Shown piece after piece: positions 8,547 through 18,706 of a DNA stretch of 54,527 nucleotides (its first letter is position 1; each line of letters starts with the position of its first letter). Origin of the DNA: a virus (Duplodnaviria; Caudoviricetes). Both the position numbers and the translations under genes were made by a program. The notes beneath the pieces were generated by a model. It was given only the letters and a program-made list of their open reading frames with translations, did not search any database and was not told where the DNA came from. The stretch spans positions 1 to 54,527 of the IMG/VR virus record IMGVR_UViG_3300024496_000043. One strand, 5' to 3'.

Positions 8547-10448
8547 CTAAAATAATTCTAAAAGATTACCGAAAACATCAGGCTCTTTTATTTCTAATTG
8601 TACACCATTTATTACTAATGGCACTTTTTCTTTTGATGTAGATTTAATTGAACCTCTGAAAATCTTTATTCTATGTCTTGTTTTTTCTAGTGCAAATTCA
8701 AATCTTTCTGGAGGAACAGCATTGCAAAAATATTTTTCTTGTACACATGATTTGTCCCTGACATCAAATTCACAAGTGACTCTTTCGCTTCCGGTCGGAC
8801 TACCTTCTCTAACCGAAACAATGATTGAACGTTCTTTGTCAGCATAGCTTGCCACACAATGGTGCATGTGTGAACCTTCTTCAGTGTACTCACCATCAAT
8901 TTTTAGCAATACTGGATAATATGTTTCAATTATATTGTTGTGCTCATCTTTAATCAGTATAGGTTCCTCAATATGTTTGATGAGCCTATCTTCAAAGATA
9001 TATTTGATACTAAACCCCTTTCTTATTGCTCGATCAATACTTGAAAACTCTAAGTGCTCGGTGTGAAAATCTTTAAGATTGGATGCGGTCATTTCTATAT
9101 GAGGTAAGTGTGCCCTTATTTTCATTAACATGTCAAGGTGATCATTGAAAGTATTGAGTTGTATAAGTTGTGTATTTCCATAGAATGTCACAACGTTGCT
9201 TTCTTCGTACTTTATTTTTTCTTGACTAAAGAATTCGTTTATTAGTTTCAATAAACATTTTCTTTCGGAATCTTTAATATCATACTCATACTTGTTTGTT
9301 AACGATCCATAAATAGAATCATTCATAAGTTCATTACTTTTCTTTTTAGGATTAATGAAAAAATTTTCATTAATATTGTTAATGTACTTATACAAGTTTT
9401 TATATCCAAAATACCTCGCTAATAATAATAGTTTTTTTATATCGATATCAGGATATTTGTGTAATAGTTTTATTGTTATTTTAGATTTAATAGACAACCT
9501 ATCAAGAATGCTAGCGATTAGCTTGTTATCATTCTTCTTTAAGAATTTCTTTGTTGGGTAAGCATCCATGATTAGCTTCTCATAGTCATTTGGAACTTTA
9601 ATTTTATTTGTTTCAACAAACACTCGCATGATCATAGATAAAACTTTAGATCCAATATTAGTATGATCTTTTGAATCAATCGTTTCGATGTATGGTAGCT
9701 TAGATAAAATAGAATGTGACAAACATTTAATAAATTCGCTATCATCAAAAATCTTTTTAGCTTCAAGATTTAAAGGATGTTCGTCTTTAGGATTATTGCT
9801 CCATGTGTGAATAACATTACCTGAAGTTCTACTAAAGAAATTAAATAAAACTTGCATTAAGTGTTTGAAGTTATTCTGTCTAATTTTGGGGGTTTTAACA
9901 CCTTCATAACTCATTACATTACCGGTTCTAAAGTTAATTTTAAACCCAAATGCTGAGCGGCTTTTCTTGAAGAATTTACTGTTTACTGTTCTGGCTTTCC
10001 TATGTATATAAAATCTAACAGAAATGGTGTCACCATCTATTGATATGTTTCTTTCGTGAATTTCTGTGGACACAGAACTAAAAGCTCTACCATAATGCTT
10101 TAATAAATGACGTTCTTTTGTTGTATAAAAGGTTTGAATACGGTTAGACCAATTGTCTAGCTTAATCATTTCTCCACCTTTTTCGTTGCTGTAGAAATAT
10201 TTTGTATTCTTTTTTTTATATTCCTTTTTGTTGTGAAGCATTATTTTAAACTTACCCCTAAGAAGTCTTCCAAGCTCTTCGCCATTTGCTACCCTAACCA
10301 CTTCTGGTGAAAAGAAATCAACATTATCTAGTTCTAAGTTTAAATCCTCGTGAACCTGGTTTTCCAGCTTTGATTCGATAGTTGAGTAATCTTTATATGG
10401 TTCGATAGTATAGAACTGAAATCTTTGGGTAAGTATCGTCTTTTTCAT
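8547..10448 (-). CDS. PcfJ-like domain protein
   Basis: EEGSHMHHCVASY...RVTCEF...QEKYFCN; shares YPxKKxLKxNDNK with 7098-8495. Confidence 0.7.
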   Translation of the reverse strand: MKKTILTQRFQFYTIEPYKDYSTIESKLENQVHEDLNLELDNVDFFSPEVVRVANGEELGRLLRGKFKIMLHNKKEYKKKNTKYFYSNEKGGEMIKLDNWSNRIQTFYTTKERHLLKHYGRAFSSVSTEIHERNISIDGDTISVRFYIHRKARTVNSKFFKKSRSAFGFKINFRTGNVMSYEGVKTPKIRQNNFKHLMQVLFNFFSRTSGNVIHTWSNNPKDEHPLNLEAKKIFDDSEFIKCLSHSILSKLPYIETIDSKDHTNIGSKVLSMIMRVFVETNKIKVPNDYEKLIMDAYPTKKFLKKNDNKLIASILDRLSIKSKITIKLLHKYPDIDIKKLLLLARYFGYKNLYKYINNINENFFINPKKKSNELMNDSIYGSLTNKYEYDIKDSERKCLLKLINEFFSQEKIKYEESNVVTFYGNTQLIQLNTFNDHLDMLMKIRAHLPHIEMTASNLKDFHTEHLEFSSIDRAIRKGFSIKYIFEDRLIKHIEEPILIKDEHNNIIETYYPVLLKIDGEYTEEGSHMHHCVASYADKERSIIVSVREGSPTGSERVTCEFDVRDKSCVQEKYFCNAVPPERFEFALEKTRHRIKIFRGSIKSTSKEKVPLVINGVQLEIKEPDVFGNLLELF

Positions 10449-10473
10449 TAGCTATTAATTTTTTGTTCCAAAA

Positions 10474-10481
10474 CAAATATA
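10474..10481 (-). promoter_or_regulatory. Bacteroidota-type -7 promoter element TATATTTG
   Basis: Plus-strand CAAATATA = TAnnTTTG on minus, ~25 nt upstream of ATG 10448. Confidence 0.5.
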
Positions 10482-10522
10482 TAAAAAATTTCGGAATAAT
10501 TATAAAAATAAAGAAAAATATT

Positions 10523-10657
10523 ATGGCAAAAGCAAAAGGTTCATCAACCGCATCTAAAAAAGTTTCTTTCGGTAAAAAAGGTAAGGGTAAAGCTAGAAAA
10601 TCTTATGGCCCAAAAGACCAAAAACCAAAAAGATACAGAGGTCAAGGTAGAGCTTAA
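10523..10657 (+). CDS. Small very basic protein (44 aa)
   Basis: MAKAKGSS...KRYRGQGRA; A-rich context before ATG 10523. Confidence 0.65.
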   Translation: MAKAKGSSTASKKVSFGKKGKGKARKSYGPKDQKPKRYRGQGRA

Positions 10658-11136
10658 TTTTTAAGCCTACCCCCTCCTCGGTACGATTTTAGATACTTGG
10701 GTTCTTTTAGTGAACTCACCTTAACACCCTCAAATTTATTTGCAGCGTGAACGAAATAAGTGTTTCCAATGTAAGCACCGCAATGCCACCCAGATGGGGA
10801 CTGTCTGCTACGAAAGAATACTAAATCACCTATTTGTAAACTATCACGTTTAACCCTTATAGTTTGGTTCCATTGTTTATATGCCACATTCTGTAGATCT
10901 AGATTATAAACATCTTTATACAATCTTTTAGTAAACTGTGAACAATCAATCCCCTTTTCGGTTTTACCTCCTAGTTTATATGGTTTACCTAACCATTTTA
11001 AAATAAAACTATTTAAAATACTATCTTCAACAAAAACCCCATCATCAAATTTTTCAAGGGGTATTTGTGCAATAGAGGCGGTCGATAATAATAATGATCC
11101 AATCATTACTATTAGCTTTAATTTGTTTTTTTTCAT
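10654..11136 (-). CDS. NlpC/P60 (C40) cell-wall peptidase with signal peptide
   Basis: LGKPYKLGG, GIDCSQF, GDLVFF, HCGAYIG, FVHA. Confidence 0.9.
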   Translation of the reverse strand: MKKNKLKLIVMIGSLLLSTASIAQIPLEKFDDGVFVEDSILNSFILKWLGKPYKLGGKTEKGIDCSQFTKRLYKDVYNLDLQNVAYKQWNQTIRVKRDSLQIGDLVFFRSRQSPSGWHCGAYIGNTYFVHAANKFEGVKVSSLKEPKYLKSYRGGGRLKN

Positions 11137-11438
11137 AATAAGCCTAATAAATAATAAGAAAGTTTGTAACCAGTAAACGCCCCTAACGCTGATGGTATAG
11201 GGAAGACAATAAGTTTACCTAAATCTGTTACATATTTCGGTCTGTTGACAATCTTACCCATGAAAAAATAATAAGTAAGATATCCAAGTAAAACTGCAAT
11301 GTCGGTTCTGGTGGCAATAAAAACAACTAATGTTGCCCCAATAAAACCAAATGTAAAATTATCTCTTATTCCCTCCCAAATCTCAAACCATGTTGCATCT
11401 TTCCATTCTTTATATATTTTCTGTGTTTTTTTTCTCAT
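11133..11438 (-). CDS. Membrane protein, hypothetical
   Basis: Three hydrophobic segments. Confidence 0.6.
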   Translation of the reverse strand: MRKKTQKIYKEWKDATWFEIWEGIRDNFTFGFIGATLVVFIATRTDIAVLLGYLTYYFFMGKIVNRPKYVTDLGKLIVFPIPSALGAFTGYKLSYYLLGLL

Positions 11439-11454
11439 TAGTTTTTCTCCTAAC

Positions 11455-12570
11455 TTAATTACTTAGTGGTGCTTTGATCTTTGGATGGGACTGATAGTTT
11501 AATAATTCAAAACAATCAGGTCTGTAACTTAATATTTTTTGTTCGAATGTTTTTTCACCCAAGTGAGCCTTAACAGCTTCGTGTTGATACCAATTACGTT
11601 CTGTGATTTGTACTGTAGGTAATTGAAATGGCTCTCTGCTAATTTGTTCTTTTGCTTGTTCAGTGTGATTTGAGTATAAGTGTACATCACCTAAATTACC
11701 AATCAATTCATCAGGAACCATGTTTACTTCTCTTGCAATAATTTCTAATAATAAACCATAAGAAGCAATGTTAAATGGTAAACCTAAAAATGTATCCACA
11801 CTTCTTTGATTCCACATTAATGAAATTGCACGCTTTGGTGTGTTTCGTTTATCACACAACGCATCAGTAACCGTGTCACCAATATTAAAATTGCCTATGT
11901 TAACTCTCTCCATTAATGTTAATTCTCTCGTATAAACTTGAAATCCATAATGACAAGGTGGTAAAACCATTTGATCTAGCTGACCGACGTTCCATGCGCT
12001 CACCAACAATCTTCTACTATCTGGATTTGTTTTTAGATCTTTAATTAGGTTTGATATTTGGTCTATCCATTCATCACCCTCAACGTAAGTGTCGTTTCCG
12101 GTCAATGGGTCTTTTAGTGTTGTTTTAATTAACTTTTTTGTGTGCCACTCTCTCCATTGCGCTCCGTATATAGGCCCTAGCTCACCCCATTCATCTGCAA
12201 AGTCTTGATTCTCGCGAATCATTTGTTCAAATTGAGTAATATCCGCAACGTCACCCCCACCATCATATTGTTTAATAATAGATTTGGTATTTCTATAATT
12301 TTTATAAGCGTCGCCGCTCCAGATATGACAATCGTAATCCAATAAAAATTTGATATTAGTATCACCACGTAAAAACCATAGCAATTCTGTTACCATTGTT
12401 TTCCACGCCATCTTTTTTGTTGTAAGTAAAGGAAACCCTTCACTCATTTTATGACGAATCTGTCTACCAAAAACTGAAATAGTTCCAGTCCCTGTCCTGT
12501 CTTTCTTTTCAATTCCGTTATCCAGAATATCTTGTAAAAGTTCTTGATAATGTTTATCTATATTATTCAT
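11455..12570 (-). CDS. thyA: Thymidylate synthase
   Basis: DRTGTGT, ELLWFLRGDTN, LPPCH, QRSVDTFLGLPFNIASY, GDVHLYSNH. Confidence 0.97.
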   Translation of the reverse strand: MNNIDKHYQELLQDILDNGIEKKDRTGTGTISVFGRQIRHKMSEGFPLLTTKKMAWKTMVTELLWFLRGDTNIKFLLDYDCHIWSGDAYKNYRNTKSIIKQYDGGGDVADITQFEQMIRENQDFADEWGELGPIYGAQWREWHTKKLIKTTLKDPLTGNDTYVEGDEWIDQISNLIKDLKTNPDSRRLLVSAWNVGQLDQMVLPPCHYGFQVYTRELTLMERVNIGNFNIGDTVTDALCDKRNTPKRAISLMWNQRSVDTFLGLPFNIASYGLLLEIIAREVNMVPDELIGNLGDVHLYSNHTEQAKEQISREPFQLPTVQITERNWYQHEAVKAHLGEKTFEQKILSYRPDCFELLNYQSHPKIKAPLSN

Positions 12571-12573
12571 TTA

Positions 12574-13209
12574 TTAAATAATTTTAATTTTTCTATCTGA
12601 ACGATAGTAGTTTAATAATATCTCAGATAACTGTTTTTGGCCATTTTCACTAAAATGCACATCGTTTATTTCATTATCTGTTTCGTCTCTTATTGTCTCT
12701 AGATTATTAACATATATAGAAGTTAATCTATTATCAAATGCATTCCAATGAATCACATCGACATTTTTTATCATGTTATTAATCATTTTTATCCAACTGT
12801 TTACTTCTTCCACATAAAGTTTGTTATCACGGTTTAATAATATTTCTTTTAAAGTATTTGATGTGACATTTTCTAAATTATTGAAAAAGTCGACATCCAC
12901 ACTTGGTAAAATGCTACACCACTTTTTTTTGTTATTCACCATCCTAAATCTAATTGGTGAGCTCCACCCAAAAATTAATAAATCACCTTCTTTAATTTTA
13001 TTTGAAACATTACAAAAACTTTGAAGTATTGAATAATTGTCCGAACTACCAACCCCCAAATTATTTAGATTAAAACCTAAAATTTGTGATATATTGTCTC
13101 CATATACATTAGGTTTATAACCTTTCCAATCAATGTATTTTTTTGACCATTGATATGCTTCATCAAATGATGCGGTTAGACTATCACCAAATGTCCATAG
13201 ATTATTCAT
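12574..13209 (-). CDS. SGNH/GDSL-like hydrolase or acyltransferase
   Basis: FGDS block I, NLGVGSSDN, DVHFS. Confidence 0.65.
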   Translation of the reverse strand: MNNLWTFGDSLTASFDEAYQWSKKYIDWKGYKPNVYGDNISQILGFNLNNLGVGSSDNYSILQSFCNVSNKIKEGDLLIFGWSSPIRFRMVNNKKKWCSILPSVDVDFFNNLENVTSNTLKEILLNRDNKLYVEEVNSWIKMINNMIKNVDVIHWNAFDNRLTSIYVNNLETIRDETDNEINDVHFSENGQKQLSEILLNYYRSDRKIKII

Positions 13210-13567
13210 AAGATTTTAATCTTTTTTTGTTTTCTCTTTCACATTCACGAGAATATTTTTCTTTATACCCAATGATTCTATGGAACTCTCTATATGCGTC
13301 AGGATGTGTTTGTTTAAGGTGTTCTATTCCGTATTCATATTCAAAAAGAATATTTTCATAACGATTTTCTTTATTATCCCACCCATCCGATTCACTCTTG
13401 TATTCTATCTCTAAGTCATTAATAACTTTAGCTAAAGAATCTTCTTTACAAACATTATGAGCCTGTGGCGCAATCATGTCATGTGGCTTACGGATCGCAA
13501 TAATAGTTAACACCACTATTACTACTGCGCCAATACTAAGTCTAATTGCAGTATCTTTATTCTCCAT
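13202..13567 (-). CDS. TM-anchored coiled-coil hypothetical
   Basis: N-terminal TM. Confidence 0.6.
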   Translation of the reverse strand: MENKDTAIRLSIGAVVIVVLTIIAIRKPHDMIAPQAHNVCKEDSLAKVINDLEIEYKSESDGWDNKENRYENILFEYEYGIEHLKQTHPDAYREFHRIIGYKEKYSRECERENKKRLKSYE

Positions 13568-13772
13568 TTTTATAATAAGCGTTTCTTTGGAATTGAATCC
13601 CCATAAAAAATGTTAGCCACCGTACACTAAGTCCAATAGCGGGAGTGGTTATTCCTGTCTCAAAAAAGACATCTTTTCTATAGAAAAAAACAACAGTTGG
13701 TATTATAAACCAATGGTGTTTCTTTTTATAAATAAAAAAATCTGTTAGGTACTTCGGTTCTTTATTCGTCAT
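13557..13772 (-). CDS. Hypothetical protein
   Basis: Packed ORF. Confidence 0.55.
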   Translation of the reverse strand: MTNKEPKYLTDFFIYKKKHHWFIIPTVVFFYRKDVFFETGITTPAIGLSVRWLTFFMGIQFQRNAYYKNGE

Positions 13773-14052
13773 AATTTCCTGTTGTTCTTCTTAAAAGTTT
13801 ATCTACATCGTCTTCACGTTCTTTAAGTTCCACCATACGAATATAGTAGCTATCTGCATTAGCTTCTGGCTGATTAGCTTTTACGTTTTTTTCAAACCAT
13901 TTGCTAAACCATTTTCCTTTGTACACAAGCACTTGACATCTTTCACGAAACTCTTCCGCGTCAGATTCATCTAATAAATCTTCTTCAACTAGTTTATTAA
14001 GAACTATGTCCTTCACCTTGTTGTAGTTCTCCATTTCCGATGTTAGATCCAT
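13762..14052 (-). CDS. Hypothetical protein
   Basis: Packed ORF. Confidence 0.6.
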   Translation of the reverse strand: MDLTSEMENYNKVKDIVLNKLVEEDLLDESDAEEFRERCQVLVYKGKWFSKWFEKNVKANQPEANADSYYIRMVELKEREDDVDKLLRRTTGNYDE

Positions 14053-14236
14053 TTTCTTTAAGTTTTTTTAAGCATTTAAAAATAACGTGGCTTTCCACGA
14101 TTGAGAATCTGTCATTACAGCCATCCAAAGCTATTTCTAATAGCTTGATAGCCAATGTTTTATCCATCTTATCTAAGACGGCGTCTAGGTCATTTTCATC
14201 CCTAAATTCCAATAAATCGTTAAAAATTGCTGGCAT
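13997..14236 (-). CDS. Hypothetical protein
   Basis: Start trimmed to MPAIFND to avoid divergent DUF192 gene. Confidence 0.55.
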   Translation of the reverse strand: MPAIFNDLLEFRDENDLDAVLDKMDKTLAIKLLEIALDGCNDRFSIVESHVIFKCLKKLKENGSNIGNGELQQGEGHSS

Positions 14237-14288
14237 ATAGCTAAGATATGCAAAAAAAATTAAAAAACCAAATAAAGTATTTATTATT

Positions 14289-14645
14289 ATGAATCTAAGA
14301 ATTTCAAACCAGGAGTTTCCGGTAGAGATGCAAACAACCCCAGAAGAAATCCAAAGAGGTATGTCTGGTAGAGACATCCTAGATGGTTGCATGGGGTTTA
14401 AACTTAAGAAGGGGTACCATACATTTTGGATGAAGGATTGTTTGATTCCTTTAGATATAGTGTTTGTATTGAATGGTAAAATATCTAAAATTTTTAGAGA
14501 CTGTCAACCATGTTCTGAAGAAAATTGTCAAAGATTTGTTGGTCCTGCTGATCATGTATTTGAGTTCCCATCTGGTACTTGCGAAAATTTTAAAGAGGGT
14601 GATAGTGCAAATCTTTATTTAGGTACAAAATTTAATCCCGCATAA
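14289..14645 (+). CDS. DUF192 family protein
   Basis: TPEEIQRGMSGR...FWMKDCLIPLDIVF...VFEFPSG. Confidence 0.85.
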   Translation: MNLRISNQEFPVEMQTTPEEIQRGMSGRDILDGCMGFKLKKGYHTFWMKDCLIPLDIVFVLNGKISKIFRDCQPCSEENCQRFVGPADHVFEFPSGTCENFKEGDSANLYLGTKFNPA

Positions 14646-14726
14646 GCTTTAACTTTTCAATTTTTTTACTTATATTTTCCCTATACTAATTTGTGAAATA
14701 AACTATTTATTTTTAAAAGCAATACT

Positions 14727-14897
14727 ATGGGATGCGGATGCAAAAAAAAGACTAACGAAAATGTTCAGACCACAGAAGGTCAAGCAACAGCTACAGTGGT
14801 TTCTAACGACCAAACAACTCAACAAGAACAGACACAAGAGCAAATTGTGCAAGTAGCAGTCGCTCTCCGTGAGATGATCGAAAATAAGGAACTGTAA
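14727..14897 (+). CDS. Small protein with N-terminal MGCGCK (56 aa)
   Basis: Manual translation; upstream motifs and downstream hairpin suggest its own transcription unit. Confidence 0.65.
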   Translation: MGCGCKKKTNENVQTTEGQATATVVSNDQTTQQEQTQEQIVQVAVALREMIENKEL

Positions 14898-14901
14898 TAT
14901 A

Positions 14902-14936
14902 AAAATAACGGGTATATTTTTTTTATCCGTTATTTT
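14902..14936 (+). terminator. Probable intrinsic terminator
   Basis: AAAATAACGGGTA...TATCCGTTATTTT inverted repeat directly after stop 14897. Confidence 0.55.
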
Positions 14937-14974
14937 ATTGCCCTAGTTCTATATAAAGATATATATATTCAAAT

Positions 14975-15172
14975 ATGAAATCGAATACTAAACTAACGAG
15001 TGTGAACATCCTGGATGATGTTTACAAGAAATTTAAAATTAAATCTATAGAAGGCTCAATTAATTTACAAAAGCTTGTTAATCGTTCTTTAGATTTATAT
15101 AACAAAGATGAAAACTTTAGAAACATAATAAATAATCATAACGGATTAGCATCTAGCGGATCAAAGTTTTAA
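14975..15172 (+). CDS. Small protein, possible ribbon-helix-helix regulator
   Basis: TSVNI strand followed by two predicted helices; heads the GT operon. Confidence 0.5.
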   Translation: MKSNTKLTSVNILDDVYKKFKIKSIEGSINLQKLVNRSLDLYNKDENFRNIINNHNGLASSGSKF

Positions 15173-15176
15173 TTTA

Positions 15177-16535
15177 ATGAAGAAGAAAATATTATTATTA
15201 TCAGATGATTTAAGAATGTCGTCCGGTATCGCCACAATGTCTAAAGAGATTGTTATGGGCACCGTACACAAATATGATTGGGTACAATTAGGTGCCGCAA
15301 TTAAACATCCAGAATTTGGTAAGATTGTCGACATTAATGATGACATAAGAAAAAGAACAGGTGTTAAAAATGCCAATCTTAAAATTATACCTTACAATGG
15401 ATATGGTGATATAGGTATTTTAAGAAAGCTAATTGCAGAAGAAAAACCAGACGCAATTCTTCACTTTACTGATCCACATTATTGGCAATGGTTATATGAT
15501 AATGAACATGAAATTAGACAGCATGTTCCATTGTTATTCTACCATATATGGGATGATTTGCCAGATCCATTATATAATAGAAACTATTATGAGAGTTGCG
15601 ATTGGTTGGGTTGTATTTCTAAACAAACATATGGTATTGTACATAGAGTAGGTAAAATGAAAAACGGTTCCACGTGGAAACCGTTACAAGACTGGCAAAT
15701 AAAATATGTTCCTCACGGTATTAATCCTGAAACATTTAAACCATTGGATAAAGTATCTGATGAAATAAAAAGTTTAATACATGGAAATAAACAATATGAT
15801 TTTGTTTTGTTCTATAACAATAGAAACATAAGAAGAAAACAGCCATCAGATGTGATCTATTCTTTTAAACTATTTTGTGATCAACTACCAAAAGAAAAAG
15901 CAGAAAAATGTTTGTTACTAATGCATACAGCTGCTGTTGATGAAAATGGTACAGACTTACCTGCTGTAATTGAAGCGCTTTGCCCGTACGATGTTAAATT
16001 CACGGGGCTTAAATTAGAACAAGATAAGTTAAATGAGATCTATAATACCGTTGATTGCACAATTAATATTGCAAACAATGAAGGGTTTGGTTTAACTACT
16101 GCGGAATCTTTAATGGCTGGAACACCAATCATAGCAAATGTTACAGGCGGATTACAAGATCAAATGGGATTCGATCTTAGTGAAGATGATTACATAACAA
16201 TAGGATCATTACATCATAAAGGTAAATCAAAACACTTGGTTCAGGAGGGTGAATGGGTTGAAGCCATTTGGCCAGCCGCAATTAACTTAAACGGATCAGT
16301 GCCTACGCCGTATATTTTTGATGATAGGGTGAATGATGACGAAGTTGCTAACGCTATTATGAAAATGTACAAGTATGGTAAAAAGAAAAGAAAAGCGAAA
16401 GGGTTAAAAGGTAGAGAGTTTATGATGAACAATCTATCCAATAAAATAATGTGTGATAAAATGATTGAGGGTATTGAAACTACTCTTGAAAATTGGGAAC
16501 CTAAAAAAAGATTTGATTTATATAAAATAGTATGA
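15177..16535 (+). CDS. GT-B glycosyltransferase (GT4-like)
   Basis: VPHGINPETF, NRNIRRKQ, EGFGLTTAESLMAGTPII. Confidence 0.85.
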   Translation: MKKKILLLSDDLRMSSGIATMSKEIVMGTVHKYDWVQLGAAIKHPEFGKIVDINDDIRKRTGVKNANLKIIPYNGYGDIGILRKLIAEEKPDAILHFTDPHYWQWLYDNEHEIRQHVPLLFYHIWDDLPDPLYNRNYYESCDWLGCISKQTYGIVHRVGKMKNGSTWKPLQDWQIKYVPHGINPETFKPLDKVSDEIKSLIHGNKQYDFVLFYNNRNIRRKQPSDVIYSFKLFCDQLPKEKAEKCLLLMHTAAVDENGTDLPAVIEALCPYDVKFTGLKLEQDKLNEIYNTVDCTINIANNEGFGLTTAESLMAGTPIIANVTGGLQDQMGFDLSEDDYITIGSLHHKGKSKHLVQEGEWVEAIWPAAINLNGSVPTPYIFDDRVNDDEVANAIMKMYKYGKKKRKAKGLKGREFMMNNLSNKIMCDKMIEGIETTLENWEPKKRFDLYKIV

Positions 16536-17791
16536 GTAAACCATTTTTATTATTCAGAGGACCGGTACAAACAAGAAGCGGTTACGGAGCACACGCTAGA
16601 GACTTACTGCAAGCGTTATATAAAATGAATTTATATGATATTAAAATTGATAGTTGTCCTTGGGGATCGACACCAATGACTGCTCTTGAGAAAGATAATG
16701 TATTCCACAAATGGATTGAAGCTAATATCATAACAACACTATCTATTCAACCAGATGTGTATGTTCAAGTAACAGTACCAAATGAATTTCAGAGAGTTGG
16801 TAAAATAAACATAGGGATAACTGCAGGGATTGAAACTACGGTTGCACCTAAGTCTTGGGTTGATGGGTGTAATAAAATGGATATGATCATTACCACCTCA
16901 CAATTTTCAAGCGAAGTGTTGATGAGTACAGTTTATAATGAAACAGATAATGTTAGTGGTAAACTAATTAAGCAACACAAAATTGAAAAGCCTATCAAAG
17001 TATTATTCGAGGGTGTACATACAGATATTTTTAATAATGTGTATACTGGTATTGATTTGGATGTGAAAGAAGATTTTGCATTTCTTTTTGTAGGCCATTG
17101 GTTAAAGGGAAATGTTGGGCAAGATAGAAAAGATGTATCAATGTTGATTAAATGTTTTGTTGAAGCTTTTAAAGATACAGAAAATGCACCTGCACTTGTT
17201 TTAAAAACGTCAGCAGCCACATTCTCAATTAAGCAAAGAGAAGAACTTAGAAAAAGGATTAGTGAATTAGTTAAAGGTGTTGAAAATCCGCCATCAATTT
17301 ATTTGTTGTTTGGTGAATTAACTGATAAAGAGATGAATGAACTTTATAATCACCCGAAAGTAAAAGCAATGGTTTCTTTAACCAAGGGTGAAGGTTTTGG
17401 TAGACCTTTACTTGAGTTCACTATGACAGGTAAACCTGTGATTGCTTCAAACTGGTCAGGACACAAAGATTTTTTACCAATGGATAAAGGTATAATGATT
17501 GGAGGTAAACTAACAGATGTAGATGATAGTGCTGTAGATGACTTTATTTTAAAAGGATCTAAATGGTTTACTGCAAACTATAATGAAGCCGCAGAGGTAA
17601 TGAAAATTGTGAGAAACGAATATGAGAATTTCACTGAGAGAGCAGAGAATCTTAGAATTGAAAATTCAAATAAATTTAGTTTTGATAATATGGTTGTCGA
17701 ATTTCAAAAGCTTTTACCGACAACACTTTCTACAGAAGATGTTCCAAAACAAAAGCCAATTAATTTACCTAAGTTGAATAAAATTAAATAA
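16532..17791 (+). CDS. GT-B glycosyltransferase (GT4-like)
   Basis: SGYG, DRKDV, GEGFGRPLLEFTMTGKPVIASNWSG. Confidence 0.85.
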   Translation: MSKPFLLFRGPVQTRSGYGAHARDLLQALYKMNLYDIKIDSCPWGSTPMTALEKDNVFHKWIEANIITTLSIQPDVYVQVTVPNEFQRVGKINIGITAGIETTVAPKSWVDGCNKMDMIITTSQFSSEVLMSTVYNETDNVSGKLIKQHKIEKPIKVLFEGVHTDIFNNVYTGIDLDVKEDFAFLFVGHWLKGNVGQDRKDVSMLIKCFVEAFKDTENAPALVLKTSAATFSIKQREELRKRISELVKGVENPPSIYLLFGELTDKEMNELYNHPKVKAMVSLTKGEGFGRPLLEFTMTGKPVIASNWSGHKDFLPMDKGIMIGGKLTDVDDSAVDDFILKGSKWFTANYNEAAEVMKIVRNEYENFTERAENLRIENSNKFSFDNMVVEFQKLLPTTLSTEDVPKQKPINLPKLNKIK

Positions 17792-17792
17792 G

Positions 17793-18086
17793 ATGGCAAA
17801 GAGTAAAAAAAAGACAAGTGATCAGCCGAATGAAATGTTGAGACTTAGTGCCCCAGTAAGTAATAGCTTATTTATTAACCCTACTAATGGAAATTATAAA
17901 GATTGTGAATGGTGTTTTCAGTTTGATGATAATGAACCATATGTGTTCGCAGCAACCAAACCATTTTATGAAGGCGATAGCGCTAAGATAACATTCACAC
18001 TTACTAACCAAACAAACACAAACATAGTCTTTAAAGACTCTAAAACAGGGAAAGAATTTAAATTATTTGTAAGAGAAAAAGTATGA
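17793..18086 (+). CDS. Hypothetical protein
   Basis: In operon. Confidence 0.6.
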   Translation: MAKSKKKTSDQPNEMLRLSAPVSNSLFINPTNGNYKDCEWCFQFDDNEPYVFAATKPFYEGDSAKITFTLTNQTNTNIVFKDSKTGKEFKLFVREKV

Positions 18087-18706
18087 AAATTAGTTTCGCA
18101 ATCACAGTATGTAACGAGTATGAAGAAATCAAGCAATTGGTTCCATTCTTAATTAAGAATAAAAGAATTAATGACGAGATTGTTATTTTATATGACAATA
18201 AAAACGGAGATGAAAAGGTCCTTGACTTTTTATTAGAATTTAATAAATTACCTAATGTACAAACTTGGAGATCATTTGATTTTAATAATGATTTTGCTGA
18301 GTGGAAGAACAAATTAAATGAATATTGCACAGGCGATTATATATTTCAATTAGATGCTGATGAATTAATAAGCGAGTATTTGATTAAAAATATTCACGAG
18401 ATCATTGAAATGAATTCAGAAATTGATTTATTCTTTGTTCCTAGAATCAATACTGTGAAGGGTTTAACTGATGAACATGTTAAAAAATGGAGATGGAATG
18501 TGGATGCGAATGGTAGAGTTAACTATCCAGACTACCAGGGAAGAATTTACAAATCAAATTTAAAATGGGGAGGCAAAGTCCATGAAAAAATTGTTGGGGC
18601 TAAATTTTATTCATTACTTCCAATGGAAGAAGAGTACTCATTATCTCACCACAAAACAATAACTAGACAAGAAAAACAAAATGATTATTATGAAAACATT
18701 AAATGA
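18083..18706 (+). CDS. GT-A glycosyltransferase (GT2)
   Basis: ISFAITVCNE, IFQLDADE, PDYQGRIY, VHE. Confidence 0.85.
   Translation: MKISFAITVCNEYEEIKQLVPFLIKNKRINDEIVILYDNKNGDEKVLDFLLEFNKLPNVQTWRSFDFNNDFAEWKNKLNEYCTGDYIFQLDADELISEYLIKNIHEIIEMNSEIDLFFVPRINTVKGLTDEHVKKWRWNVDANGRVNYPDYQGRIYKSNLKWGGKVHEKIVGAKFYSLLPMEEEYSLSHHKTITRQEKQNDYYENIK

Noticed and set aside
11455-12570. Intein or intron in the long thyA
   Set aside because: Insertions are short, in-frame and lack Hint or endonuclease motifs
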